Shown: piece by piece, positions 39,008-52,646 of the stretch
Numbering within the stretch: the stretch's first letter is position 1
How the letters are laid out: every line of letters starts with the position of its first letter
Assembly (NCBI GenBank): GCA_964016885.1
Contig: OZ024742.1
Span: forward strand, 314,836,001-314,900,000
Length of the DNA: 64,000 nt
DNA from: Eledone cirrhosa
Lineage: Eukaryota
Reading direction: 5' to 3'
Made by a program: the position numbers and the translations under genes
Notes under the pieces: generated by a model
The model's input: only the letters and a program-made list of their open reading frames with translations
The model's database searches: none
Told to the model about the DNA's origin: nothing

Positions 39008-42000
39008 ATGACCTCACTCAGAATAGGCAGCATAAATGCGCGTGGCTTGGGGTCGTCATGGAAGCAGGGCCACCTGCTCAACGACCTCAGGTCACTAAAC
39101 ATAGATGTAGTGGCCATCAGCGAGACCAGAATCTCCGAAGCACAGGCTTTCGCACCGATCTTCGGCGGCTACGATGTGTACGCATCTCCCAGCCGTCCGG
39201 GATCGGGGGGAGGAGTTGCTGTGCTTTTTCGGAGAGGCTTGGATCTTGCCATACGGGCCATCTTCCTGGACCCAGAAGGTAAGTTGTTGGTGCTGGACGT
39301 GACCAGCGGAGACGGGCAAGCTTTCAGGTTAGTGGCCGTCTATGCCCCGACAGGAGCAGGGAGGCCTGATTTCTTCCGGCGTCTGGAGACCTTTCTTGGA
39401 ACGTCCCGCTCTTTAGTGTTAGTGGGCGACTGGAACGGGATCTTAGATGCACGCTGGGATTGTGTGGGATTAGTGGATAGGGAAGGAGGGTGCAAGAGTC
39501 TCACCAACCTGCTCAAACGTTTTGAACTGTCTGACAGGTACCGAATGGATTTCCCGAATGTACCAATGTGGACTTGGACAAATCGCATAGGGTCATCCAG
39601 ATCATATCTAGATAGAGTATTTTGTAGGGAAATAGATAGGTCTAGCATAGGCTGTCCACAATTCAAGATAGTCAGCTACACGGACCACAAATTCGTGATC
39701 TGTGTGCTTGACTTAGATAGGCTTCATAGACGAGGACCCGGCTACTGGAAGCTAAACGCGTCCTTACCAGCGCGCAAGGCCTACAGAGACCGGATTAGCG
39801 AACTAGTTAAGCGGGCGTTGAGGGGGCCATCGTCAACAACAAGTGGTGGTTTGCTCTGAAAAGAGCAATTAGAATAGAGTCCATTAGGTTTAGTAAGACT
39901 TTAGCAATAGAGAAAAATAGAGCAGAGGGAGAATTAGTTAGAAAATTAGATGAGGCGCTTAGCAAAGGCATCGCGACCGACGTACTTGCGGCGAAATTGG
40001 CCCTTGACCAATTCTTCAATGCAAAGCACGAAGGCTGCGTTGTCAGAGCTAGGGTGCGTGCTCTCAGACACGAGGGGACGAAAGCCGTTCAATGGGCCCG
40101 AGTGGCGGAGGCGCGTCGTGGCAACAAAGCCACGATCCGGTCTTTGGTGGACCACGACGGGCGCATGCTACTCGATCCCGGGCAAATGTGTGAAGCTTTT
40201 CAGCGACACTTCGCTCAATTGTTCGGGGGCAGTGGCGCGCCGGATCGAGGGATGGACTTTAGTGTCTACCTCGACGGACTGCCGCGGCTTTCGGCCACTG
40301 AGGCGGAGTGTTGCGAAAAGCCGATAACAACCGCTGAAGTACGGGATGCAATGACTAGTTGCACAAGGGGTAAATCGCCTGGTTTGGATGGTCTGCCCTA
40401 TGAACTTTACGTACAAATGCCAAACTTGTTCGGAGGCCTCTTGGCGGACGTCTACTGCAACTGGCAACAGAACGGGAGAATTCCCAGCTCTGTGAGCCGA
40501 GGAGCGGTGGCGCTGCTGAGAAAGGATCCGAACAAGGGGGATAACATAGATAATTTTAGGCCCATAACTCTGCTAAACACAGAGTTCAAGATTTTGGCCA
40601 AGGTGCTAGCAAAGAGGTTGGCGCTTGTCGTTGGTGGTCTGGTGGGAGAGGCACAGACATGCGCCATTCCCGACAGATCCATCCACGACAACCTCCACCT
40701 CATGCGATACATCGTAGAGAGGGTAGCTAGGGAACCTGGCACGGGTGGGTCTTTGATCAATTTAGATCAGTCGAAAGCCTTCGATAGGGTCGACCATCGT
40801 TACCTAACGGCAGTCCTGAGGGCGGCTGGGTTTGGGCCCGTCTTCAGAGGCTGGATCGCTGCCATGCACAGCGACATCTGCTCTGTAGTGAGAGTGAATG
40901 GTCACCTTTCGGAACCGCTCAACATCATGCGCTCGGTCCGCCAAGGATGTCCCCTCTCGTCCCTATTGTACGTATTGACTCTCGAGACATTACTGCACAA
41001 ACTGGAGACATTGAGGGGGGTCCCGTGCGAACTAGGATGCGGAAGATCCGTGTCAGCATATGCCGACGATGTCACCGTAGTGGTGTCGAACGCCAAACAC
41101 ATCGAGGCGATCGGCACTACACTAAGAGAATACGAAGCGGTGACAGGAGCAATGATCAACCAGGAAAAGTCAGTGGGCCTGCAGCTCGGCACCTGGAGAG
41201 GCAGGTCCATGCCGTCCAACAGCGTCGTCGGGCGCTGGACGGACGGACCGGTTAAATTGCTAGGGGTCTGGTTCGGTCCAGACCTCCAGACGGACAAAAA
41301 CTGGGACGAGGTGACGAGCAGGGTGGCTTCTCTCACCCAGAAATGGGCCGAGAGGAAGCTATCCCTGAAAGGTCGAGCGGAGGTGGCGAATGCGTACATC
41401 GCATCCGTCATCTACTACCGCCTGACCGTCATACCTTTTCCTAAGCCCCGCCTGACTGCGCTGGAGCGTTTGCTCTTTCGCTTCTTGTGGAAGGGACGCG
41501 CTCCGATGGTCAGGCGGTCCATCTGCTGTCAACCCCCGCTACGTGGAGGGCTGGGCATGGCGTGGCTGATGATGCGCAGACACGCGCTCAGGCTACGACA
41601 TCTCCACCTCTTCCTCGACGGTAATCAGGTGTGGTCGCCGTTTGCAAGACACGTTTTTCCCCAGCTCGTCTCCTTGACAGAGCTGCAGTCCTGGGTCAAG
41701 CGAAAACCGAGAGGGAGCGCTTGGAGACTGGAATGTCTTCAGGCGCTCACAGCCCTCGACCAATCGGGCAATGTGATCGGTGGAAACTCCACCTTGGCGT
41801 TCTATAGGGGATTAGTGGAGGGGAAGAGCGACGACGTACTTGGAGAAACTCTAGGCGTCGACGAAAATCAACTAGCCAATCTCTTCGGAAGGACTTTCGG
41901 GCCGGGGCCTATGGACAACTTCCAGAAATCCCTGGCCTGGCAGTGCTACCGAGGAGCTTTGCCAGTTCGGGATAAACTCTACAGGCATGGAGGTGCCGTC

Positions 42001-42426
42001 AGCCGGGCATGTCCGAGATGCGCGCAGGGCGACGAAACCGTCCTGCACGCACTCGTCCAGTGTCCGAGCATTGCTGACTTGTGGGTTTATGTCGAACACC
42101 TGCTGTCACGTGTAGGACGGATCCAGCTATCAGCTGAGTCCATCGTGAGGATTGCCCCGCCCCCTTCCTTTAGCCTGGAAGGGCAGGCAGTTTTTATCTG
42201 TCTAGTGGCCATGGCGAAAGAGATAGTATGGTGGACACGTTTGAAAGGGCTGAAGACGAGCACTTACCTCTTCGGTGATGCCCTGATTAACTTTTTCAAA
42301 TTTCATTTGAAAAGAAAAATCAGGGTAGAGAGGGAAGTGCTCTCTTCCCAGCATTTTGTTGAAAGATGGGTGAGAGAAGCAAGTATGGCCCGAATGAATG
42401 GGCCTTCTCTGAGTATGTGTCTGTAA
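39008..42426 (+). pseudogene. ORF2 (~1139 aa) with a single frameshift near 39822
   Basis: SET, GDWN, TDH; KSPGLDG, FRPITLLN, KAFD, RQGCPLS, YADD; second frame open from ~39825. Confidence 0.93.
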
Positions 42427-42677
42427 ATTAAAGGTGGAAAACTGGGAGAGGGCACTTGCCCTGGTGGTCAGGGCCACTGTGGTCTTTTAATGGGCTTTCT
42501 CCATAAATGTCCCTTGGAAGTCTCCCCCCTATTGGGGAATTTTTCTTTGTTATTTTATTTCAACCTCTGTTTTTTTACACGCAGAAATGCCCATTTGTAC
42601 CGTCCTGTATTGTCCTGTACTGTCCTTAATGTCTACTTTATGTGAACCCTTGTGGTTAATAAAGAAAACATTATTAT

Positions 42678-42724
<47 letters not shown>

Positions 42725-42735
42725 TAACAGATTAA

Positions 42736-42786
42736 AGTTTAAGCAAAAAATCGCTGATTTCACCCTTAACGGGATCTTCTGAAACT
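42736..42786 (-). ncRNA. CAGAAGA-core HHR-like motif
   Basis: Same as 60322-60372 with a stem III substitution. Confidence 0.6.
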
Positions 42787-42841
42787 CGCACATACACACA
42801 CACACGCACACACAGACACACTCACACACTACACACACACG

Positions 42842-42936
<95 letters not shown>

Positions 42937-43281
42937 ATGGAGGGGGGTCATCCATATGAGTATATATTTTGCTTTGTTTCTTGAATACAATTCTGAGCCA
43001 ATTCCATCTCAATGATATTATCATGCCTGTTAGCTTACCTTTGAGGAAAATATGTTATTACAATATTATTGTTGTTCAGAGACTGTAACTCAACTAAACG
43101 TTCATGGGATCTATTTAAGTGAAACATTATATAAGTTCACTAACTCTACTCCTCAATACATTTACACATATATTCACATACTATAGAAGAGAAAAATTCG
43201 AAACTCCGTAACCACTTACACCTTCTGGCACTGATCCCTCCCCACACACAGACGCACGCACACACATAGACACATACGTAA

Positions 43282-43312
<31 letters not shown>

Positions 43313-45629
43313 AACATATATATATACATATACAGTATATATATATATATATCATTATATATATAACTATATATATTAATGTACGATATTTTTCATATAA
43401 TCATTGACAGTTTAAAGTATCATGTTGTTTTTCGAGAGGTATCATTGTAACATTCTGAAACAGCCGGTGGTAACATTAAGTCATTAAATTGTGGGTTAAC
43501 TCCTATTACCTATCCTAACAACAGTTCTTTTGTTGTATTTATTGCTATTGGTTTCACATTATTGTATCTGGAATACAGTTGCCGAATGTTAAACGTAACT
43601 CTCTACAGACTAACGAAAATCGTTGACGTGTTTGGCAATTTTTCATTGTTTATTTTATTTATTGCATAATTTAGTTCTTTAAAAATTTAAATGTAAATGC
43701 TTCTACCTATATCATTTAATTCTCATATAAACATGTAATTCATATAAAATTTTATGACATTTCTAAACATTTTTCTCGGTGTGATAGATAAATACTAGGC
43801 GAGAATGTTACGGTTAATCGTATTATGGAGACATGTAGACTAAATAAAGATATACATTGTAAATATTTTACTTTCCCATATCATTAAAAATATGACGTAA
43901 TAATCAAAATTCAATTTCATTAAACAAGTTGCTTGCCTTTGCTTTGCTTTAGTTACCGTTACGGTTGGTCTACTGTTTAAAGAAAACGTATTTCTAAAGC
44001 GCATTTACACTTTATGATCAAGGACGAAAGCAGTCGTCTTGACCCATTTGCTCAGAATGCATTACCACCTAATACTTCATTAATGACGATAATGCCAGGA
44101 GAAATTTTAATTCCCATGAAATTAGTACATTTACCTCTTTACCAGTCTTAAATAATTGAATATTTCTAAAATTAAAATATGTTGTTGGATTAAATGAATC
44201 GAGATTTAAATTTAAAATTATCATAACAGAATTTTATAATTGTCACATCAGATGTTTTCAATATAAGGAGAAAAATGTTAATTTCTAATTTAAGCAGGAG
44301 TTCAGCAAATTTGGGGGAAAGGCAGAGTGGATTAAATCAACCTCAGTATTTAACTGATACTTTATGTTATCAGCCTCACAAGGATGAATTGGAAATTTCT
44401 CCTCAGACAGTAAGGAGCCAAATCAAATATCGCAATGGCATTTCATCCACCTCTTTACCGATCATGTCTACCACCCTCTATCGACAGAAATATTGAGAAT
44501 AGTGAAACTTGAAACTATTAGATTTAAGAAAATCTCTAAATCCTAAACACTTAATAATATTACAGATGAACCTTCATTTTAAACCATTAAAATGAGCTCA
44601 CATTTTGATGAGCTGTATTATAATTTGAATGTTTGAATGTTTGTAGATTAATTAATTTTCTTTTTTATACATGCAGAAGGGCTCGATTGTTTTAAAGTAA
44701 AAGCTGACAATATTGCTTATAGTATTACTTGATTATATGTTCTTTATTTTAGAAAACATTATTATTGACAGCAGGAGCTATATTCTCTATGTATAAATAA
44801 AGGTACAGCTTTATTTTGAAACAACACTATATCTTTGTACAATATAAACACAGCCTGAAGTGTAAAACAGTATATGACTGCAGTAATATGCAGCATTAAC
44901 GACAAAAGCAACCATAGCAAGACCGACAACACAGATCACATAATAATCGATGTAACAATAATAACATCAAACATTTTAACGTCACTGAACCAACAAGTAC
45001 ACGTCCTTATCAGACATCTCTTAAACATTTAACAACTAAAGGCCACACAATGGCAGAAAGATTAGAACAAATATATGATCAGTTCAACTAGGTAATGAAT
45101 TTATGCTTTCTTTCCATCAAACATCCGAAATGTAATGCGAATTTCGGACACTTCACACATTTCAGAGCTAGGTTTCACAAGCATACGCATAAACCGCATA
45201 AGATCTGAAGAAAACACTGTACTTCTTAACATTTGCAATTATTAATTCCACACTGTCAAATATGGAAGCTGAACAAAGTAGCACATAGAAAATCTACTCA
45301 CTCCCTTCTCACCAGCAACACAAGACAATGTCAAGTACATGACAAATTACAGTCAGAAAAATAAAATACGGCCAAAATATAACACTTTCCATACAACATA
45401 CCGATAACATTCGAATCCCACACGGAAAAGGATTAAAGAAAGACATAACGTTGCGCAATTATAATTTGAAGAACAACAGAGTGACTAAGAAAACGTATCA
45501 ACAATTATTTTATATACACAATTCAAGGTACTGCTGTATAATTAACAAAATAAAAAAAGAAAGAACAACGATGCTCTTCACATCCTAACATGTTTTTTCC
45601 CAAAACATATCCAAAAGCCTCCAACACAA

Positions 45630-45990
45630 TAAAATACCGGTCGCTCTCCGACAGGTTTGCGGTCGTACTCTTGGCAGTGGAGACTTATGGTGTCCTCGGC
45701 CTGAGGGCTACCTCCCTACTCACCACCATAGGCGCTGATCTGGCCAGCCGCAGGTGTGAGCCTCGCAGTTGGAATGGCTCTTCCAGCGCAACTCCCTTAC
45801 CATCCTCCGGGAAAACGCCTTCTCCATTCTCTCCGCCGGTGCTGTAGGGAGGCCAGCACATGGGACTCCATTTGCTCACCATACGGAGAGATGGGGAGGG
45901 CCAGAGAGATGGAGGCGATGACAGTGGGATGTCGGCTGTTCTTTCATGCTTGCTTAGGTTACAATTGTATTGTGATAAAAGAAAGGCACC
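45630..45990 (+). mobile_element. CRE-clade retrotransposon 3' fragment
   Basis: KYRSL..AVETYGVLG..WLFQRNSLTILRENAFSIL across one frameshift. Confidence 0.8.
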
Positions 45991-46687
45991 TGCTCTCAAA
46001 CTGTTGGTTATTAGCAAACAGTTCGGTAATTTCAGAGAAAGTAGGTAAAGTATTTATAAAAGAAATATATTTTCACCAGCATCTACAAACGATACAGTTC
46101 CTTGCTACAGCAAGGCTCAGCTTCCACTATATATTTAATAATTTTTACTGAATACATCAGATGTTTAAGCAATGCAAATTGAGAGTTCACTGATGTTTCA
46201 TAACCAAAAAGGCATATAATTTTTAACTTAATAATTTTTAACTTAAACGTATCTCAGTACCTAGGGAGTAAATGTCACTGTTGGTGAATAAAAATTCAGA
46301 AAAATGCATCTAGCATTCTCAAGGACTATTGATATAGCCGTGACATCATTGCAGTTTAAAACATTCGTAGCGAGATTCTTGTATGTTTATTATACAAAAC
46401 ATCGAATATTCCTTAATATACGCCCTACTATGAACCATGTTATGTTAGTCCTTCTATTAATCACTCCTAGCTAATCAGCTTGACACTAAGTGAAAATGAG
46501 CATCTCGAGCCGAGATTTTATTTTGCCCTGTATGCAAATGAGCATCTCCAGCTGATAATTCAAATGAAAAAATGTATATAAGCTTTTAACTCTTTCCTAT
46601 CTTAGTAGCAAATGACAAGACCGCAGAAAGTCTCTTTCAGGATTAACGTATGTAAACATAACATAATTTCTTCATATACACACCTAT

Positions 46688-46721
<34 letters not shown>

Positions 46722-46726
46722 TATAT

Positions 46727-47199
46727 AAAATTTCAGGTTATCAATAATGTAGTGATAATATATCGTTACGTTAGAGATGAACAGCGTACGTGCAGGTTTG
46801 CTCAACGAGTATAAATTATATTCCGGAGAAAATGTAGAAAGGATGAATATAAAATGAAAGTGCTTTTTTTTAAAAGGAATTTATTAGGTATTGACATATG
46901 TTTCTGTAACAGACGGAATACCTATGTATCGCTGCTTGCGTAATCATATAATGTTAGCAAGCATTCGATAGCAAATGTATAATCAGTTGTCACTTCTTCA
47001 GAGATTTTGGATAAATTTTGGAATTTATCCAAAATCTCTGAAGAAGTGACAACTGATTATACATTTGCTATCGAATACTTGCTAACATTATATGATTACG
47101 CAAGCAGCGATACATAGGTATTCCGTCTGTTACAGAAACATATATCAATACCTAATAAATTCCTTTTTAAAAAAAGCACTTTCATTTTATATTCATCCT

Positions 47200-47204
<5 letters not shown>
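46727..47204. mobile_element. foldback element (~183 bp arms 46835-47204, left extension) with long-stem-II HHR-like motif, in (TA)n
   Basis: Centre TTGG 47018-47021; CTGAAGA-A GTGACA..TGTTAC A-GAAA-CATATG-TC in the left arm; stem I poor. Confidence 0.8.
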
Positions 47205-47288
<84 letters not shown>

Positions 47289-47565
47289 AGTGTGTGTATG
47301 TGTGTGTGTATGTGTATTTATATGTATGTGTATGCGTGTGTGTCTGTGTGTGTTTGTATATGTGTGTGAATTTATGAGTGAGTATGCGTATGTATATATA
47401 AATATATACTACATTCATAATTATGTATTGAACGTGAAAACGAAAGCAATATGTGTGAGGATTTGTCATAGTAGAATACCAAACAGAATAAATAGCAATA
47501 TTTATATACGCCCTTTCAAGTTTTTGTTTTTGTTCTTTTTGAATTTCCTTAGAGTAGGATAACTA

Positions 47566-47727
47566 CCGTATTTCCCGGCGCCGAAGACGCTTCGTCCTCG
47601 AGGACGCACCTTAATTTTAATAACCAAAAATTTGATTATAAACAACCTTCGGCTACCAGGACGCATGGTAGCTTTTTTGAGAATTATTTTAGGAAAAAAG
47701 TAGCGTCTTCGACGCCTGGAAATACGG
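47566..47727. mobile_element. Tc2/pogo-like MITE
   Basis: 25-bp imperfect TIRs CCGTATTTCCCGGCGCCGAAGACGC; TA on the left. Confidence 0.85.
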
Positions 47728-48076
47728 TTGCTAGCACTAGAATAGATGTATTCTACAACAAGCATATGAGAATAATATTTTGTTTTTGAAATATAAATAT
47801 GACATTACGCATTTTTGGATTTGATCAGTTGAATAAATTTATTCGAGGTACTTAATTCATCGACTCCGAAAATAGGAATGTCAAATCAACACAATGGTAT
47901 TTAAATTGATTCATGATTATTCATTGACCATAACGAAGAAAACAAATGATAAAATATCACTTAACCCTTTAGCATTTAAACCGGCCATATCCGGCCAGTA
48001 TTTTCTCACCTCTTTCTGTTCAAATTGGGTGTAACCGTCCATTCATTCATAAGTTAAGTTATTATTCTCAACATAA

Positions 48077-48269
48077 ATAATTGTTTCTATATTTGGCACA
48101 AGGCCAGCAATTATTCCAGTGCAATACCGGTACTTTATTTCATCGACTCCGTAAGGATGAAAGGTAAAGTTAACCTCGGTGGGACTTGAACTCAGGCCGT
48201 AAAGGGACATAACTCTATGCTGGAAAGTATAGCGTCCGATCCTCCACCGATACTGCCAATCCACCGCCC
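48077..48269 (-). mobile_element. tRNA-derived SINE, full length
   Basis: 12-bp TSD TTCTCAACATAA at 48065-48076 and 48270-48281. Confidence 0.95.
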
Positions 48270-48575
48270 TTCTCAACATAATATCAACATTTTATAGATA
48301 CAATATTATGTGAGGTAAAGCTTTTACCATGAAAATATAATAGTAAATCTAATGTAAATCTTATAGAGTTAAATAACAAATTCAAATTCTACGGAAAATA
48401 TTGCAATTTACAGGAAAAATAGAAAACGTCGGATAACAATGTAATCTAGTTGGTATCTTGATCTGACCGCGAGATTGAGAACATACGATGACAAAAACAA
48501 GGTAACAAAACAAAAGCTAAAAAGGTACACACACACACATTTATATATATGGGGGTGGGGATGTATGTGTGTGTA

Positions 48576-49582
48576 TTCGAGGGTGGGCTGAAACGTCCAT
48601 AAGCTGAATGTGAGGAAGTAATGATAGAGCTGTGATAATTTGCATGCATTAACTTCAACTATTTATATTAATAACTGCATGGTTGCGTTCTCGGTAAACT
48701 GTTCAAAGAAAACCTCAAATGAAGCTATTAGCGAAATCTCTTGAAACTGGACAACAATTGGATATTCATGCTGACAACAAAGGATATTCATGCTGACATG
48801 GTTGTTACATTAGGGGCTGATACTCCAGCTTTATCAACTGAGCAAATGAGAGTAGCTGAATTTAAGAGGAAAGGGAATCTTGAAATTGTCGCAAAATTTG
48901 GACGTTCTACCATTGTTTGAGGCAGATCCAGCTGGTTTCCTTGAACGTCTCTTAATCCAAAATTAGCTTTGGGTTCATCACTTTCAGCCAGAGACATGGA
49001 GACGGTTCATGTAGTGAAAACATCCATACCCACCTGATCCAACGAAGGCCAAGGTTGTTTCATCTGCATGGAAGGTGATAGCCTCAGTTCTGTTGTGGTG
49101 TCTATTACTATATTGAAACTGGTCATACCATCAATAGAAAGTACTATGTTGACTTGCTGATGCAGTTACAAAATGCTATCAAGAACAAACTCCCAGGAAA
49201 ACTAATGAAACAAGTCTTGTGTCATGAGAACAATGCACCAGCTCAAACATACTTGGTTTCAATAGCTGTTGTGCATGGCAGTGGCTTTCAACTGTCTAAT
49301 GGCCCTCCGTATTTTCCTCATCTGGCCTCATCTGACTATCATCTGTTCCCTAACATGAAACAACACTTGGCTGTGAACTAGGATCGCAGTGATGATGAAG
49401 TCATAACCGTTTTTACCAACAGGATGAAAGCTCTTTCCCCCAATGGAATACAAGCGCGGCAACACCGATTAAAGAAGTTTTTAGACCACAAGGGAGTCTA
49501 TGCTGAAACATATAACCCTCATTCGATCACATTCCAGGAGAGCATCTTGGTCAACCTATGAACCTTTCAGGGGGCCCTCGTA
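48576..49582 (+). mobile_element. degenerate, internally deleted mariner transposon
   Basis: ~30-bp TIRs (CGAGGG..CTGAAA.GT.CATA.G.TGA); HENNAPA..PPYFPHLASSDYHLFP matches HDNAPAH..YSPDLAPSDY. Confidence 0.9.
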
Positions 49583-50182
49583 TATATGTATATATATATA
49601 TATATATATATGGGGGGGGGGTATTATAAGATACTGATACTGGCTCGCTATCCGAATGATTCGTCGTATGAACAACCTTCAGAGTCAAATTTTGAAGGTC
49701 AGAAACATGTGTTCACATGTTGGCGTCAAACGAGAAGCCAACATGAAACATGCGAGACAATTCTGGGAAATTTATATTTTGAGAGAAACAACAAAACAAC
49801 GATGACAAATACGATGAACAATGCGGCCAATGAGTTCACAAAGAAAGAAAATCGCAGAAAGTAAATAAAAAACAATGACGGCTCTCATAAAATAACAATA
49901 CAACTATTGTTGGTTCGAATTTCAAAGAGCATCGAATATAATGAAACTTACACTGGCAAAAGTAAAACTTCAGTATCTAAGATATATATAGACTATTATT
50001 CACTGAAAGTATGTGAGATTATATTGCAAAGTTAATAAACCGCATGACCAGCTTTCAGTCTAAATTGACTTTGTTTTATTCAAATATTAATACAGTGGGA
50101 ATATTTCAAAACTTGGATCGACTGAATGAAATGAAAATGTCATTATAAATTTAATCATATATATATATATATATATATATAT

Positions 50183-50510
50183 AGGAACAAGTAAGACCCC
50201 GACGGCTGAGCTCAAGCCGTTTCGACGGCTAATTCTGGACTGAATGAAAATTTATTCTGGTATTTAAATAGCCGAGCCTATCAAAGGGTAATTCCATATA
50301 TGGTCAAAGAGATAATCACCAGGATTGGTCACATCACAAGTTAGTAGTAAATCTGTGATGGCAAATTGGTGGGGGAAGGGGTAGCTAAACTTGCCGGTAG
50401 GAGAAAAAGGGAGAAGGGGTGGAGTAGACCCATTCATGCGTTGGTAGTGCCGGCTACAGCTGGGCGTGAGGTCATGGTCCACCTGGTTCCTTACCACATT
50501 TCCTTCGTTA
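50183..50510. mobile_element. ORF-less PLE derivative: minus-strand HHR (50196-50289) plus inverted tail, in (TA)n
   Basis: ACCCT-TTGATAG..GAAA-CGGCT TGAGCTC AGCCG-TC^GGGGT; tail matches 19390-19425. Confidence 0.85.
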
Positions 50511-50705
50511 TATATATATATTGGTATACTTGGGGAGGGTCATATTGTTGTAATAATAACAGAACACACTCACTGTTTGGTTGGTTTTCGCTTCTGTATC
50601 TCTTATATCAGTTAATCTATTTGGTCCTCAATGTTTACCATTGACTGACCAACGGTCAGAAATATAGATATAATATAGACACAAACACATATATATATAT
50701 ATTCT

Positions 50706-50747
50706 AACAAAGTTCTTTCGTTGCACATCTGCAACATCGTCAGTGAT
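50706..50747 (-). ncRNA. minimal HHR candidate
   Basis: ATCA-CTGACGA-T GTTGCA GATG TGCAAC-GAAA-GAAC-TT^TGTT, next to (TA)n. Confidence 0.65.
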
Positions 50748-51468
50748 GCTATTATGTTCCTCCAGTTGTATTGCTATCTTTATTTATATATGTATTGTGT
50801 GTGTTTGTGTTTGTGAACCCCTCTATCCCTCTCTCTGTCTGCGTATGTACATGTGTCTAAATAGGGAACACGTTTTATTTTAAATATTGAACACACGACT
50901 TTGACCAAGTTTGATCGATTTTATTAAAGATATTTTTCTGTATTATATTTTCTAATACCTTTATTTTGATTATAGAGAAGATATAACGTTCCTAAATCGA
51001 TTAGTCTATTAAATGTTGAAACTTTCAAAGTCTATTCTCCAGAATAAGAACTGTAGTACCAGTAGCGATATTTTCGCGTGCTTTGCAGTGATCGCAAATA
51101 TTCTGAAAAATAGTAGTAAAATAATGGAGGCCGAATTTATAAATTATTCATCGGTAGGCTTCATACTAGGAATTACGTAGACTGTAACTGTTTGGAAATT
51201 TGTGGTTTATAGTTTCATATTAATAAAACTTTCATAACTTCACTCTTCGTTCTGTGTGGGATTCTAAATAGATCTATTGTATTATCAACTAAATATTTTC
51301 TATCTAATTTTGGTTACACTCCTTCCTAATCATAAACACATAGATACGATATATTGCAAAAGGCACCAAAATGAAAACCTGCTCGTTGAGACGAAACCGC
51401 ATACTAGCAAACCAAAAAGCTAACTTCGGATTTGAGTAATCTAATATACAAATGTTAATGTAAATATG

Positions 51469-51648
51469 GTGGATTGGCCGTATCGGTAGAGGATCAGATG
51501 CCATGCTTTCCAGCATAGTTACGTCCATTTACAATCTGAGTTCAAATCCCGCCGAGGTTGACTTTGCCTTTCATCCTTACGGGGTCGATAAAATAAAGTA
51601 CCAGTAATGCACTGGGTAATTGCTGGCCTTGTGCCTAAAGTAGAAACA
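51469..51648 (+). mobile_element. tRNA-derived SINE
   Basis: 15-bp TSD GTTAATGTAAATATG at 51454-51468 and 51649-51663. Confidence 0.95.
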
Positions 51649-52335
51649 GTTAATGTAAATATGAATGTCTGTAAACATCTCGAATCAAAGAACTGTTTCA
51701 ACGGCCACACAGGTACTACATTTTTCGTTGGTTGACTATGCACTTAAAACAAAGATCCGGGACCTATAATCATTATGCTGTGCATGCAACAAAATTATAT
51801 ATACAAAACATTCGTCAATAAAACTGTAGATTTATATAGATACCCAGACAAGGCGAAGTAAATAATTCCGTACTATGTTGGCCCATACGTATGTGTGTAT
51901 ATCTATCTATCAACAGATACAGTAGTAGACTAATAGTGATCACAATTTGAAGCCTCAAATAGTGATTAAGAATGAATATGGAAGAGATAGTGATGCGACA
52001 TAAGACAACTAGTTCCATAGCTGATCAAAATTGGAAATTTCAAAAGCTAAGCAAGAAAAACTAAACATTTTTGTTGCTCTCTAGTTTCTACAAGGAATAT
52101 GTCAGTTTAATACAGCTTGAGACTAAGTTAGCATTCGTGATGGTATTCCGGAGTGGAGGTGAAATAAGAGTATGCGAGCGAGTTATTTATTTTTCTAAGG
52201 TATCTAAAACAGTGCATGCCATAACCTTTTCGAGAAGTCGGGCATTTTGATGACTAATATCTCTGTGGGTGTCGAATAGCCTCCATCGTTTGGTGTCCGT
52301 GTTGGTGTTAAACAGGAATGTATTCATATACATAC

Positions 52336-52646
52336 ATATCTTGTCGCCATGAATCTCTTAAGCAGGATGTAGATGTGAACGATGGCATATCGTTTAGGGG
52401 AAAACCTTTCAGCACACTGATGTCTCTATTTATCCGGATTGTTTTTACAAGATCACTGTGAAATTCTACATTTAGGCAGATGGAACTGGGAATAAACACG
52501 CGAATAAAAATCGAGAATGCATCAAGAAATAGGATATCAAAGAGCAGCCCTTGGCCATTACTAAATTCGGCCCCCCATTGTATAAGATCTTTCATCCAAG
52601 CTCGATGGATAGATGCAACAACATCATGGAATCGATGCTCACCAAG
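52336..52646 (-). CDS. putative 311-nt internal exon (LGEHRFHDVVASIHRAWMKD...LRDSWRQD)
   Basis: ttttctattgttAG acceptor, AT|GTATGT donor, 103 open codons, phase 0 to 2. Confidence 0.7.

Larger units (their letters stand above)
36788..42681 (+). mobile_element. Tx1/L1-clade LINE copy 2, apparently full length (~5.9 kb)
   Basis: ORF1 plus APE-RT-CCHC ORF2; (ATT)n on both sides. Confidence 0.95.

Noticed and set aside
44860-45560. A/C-rich region resembling a decayed ORF1
   Set aside because: No recognisable motif.
47961-48030. piggyBac-like end TTAACCCTTTAGC
   Set aside because: No partner end found in the window.
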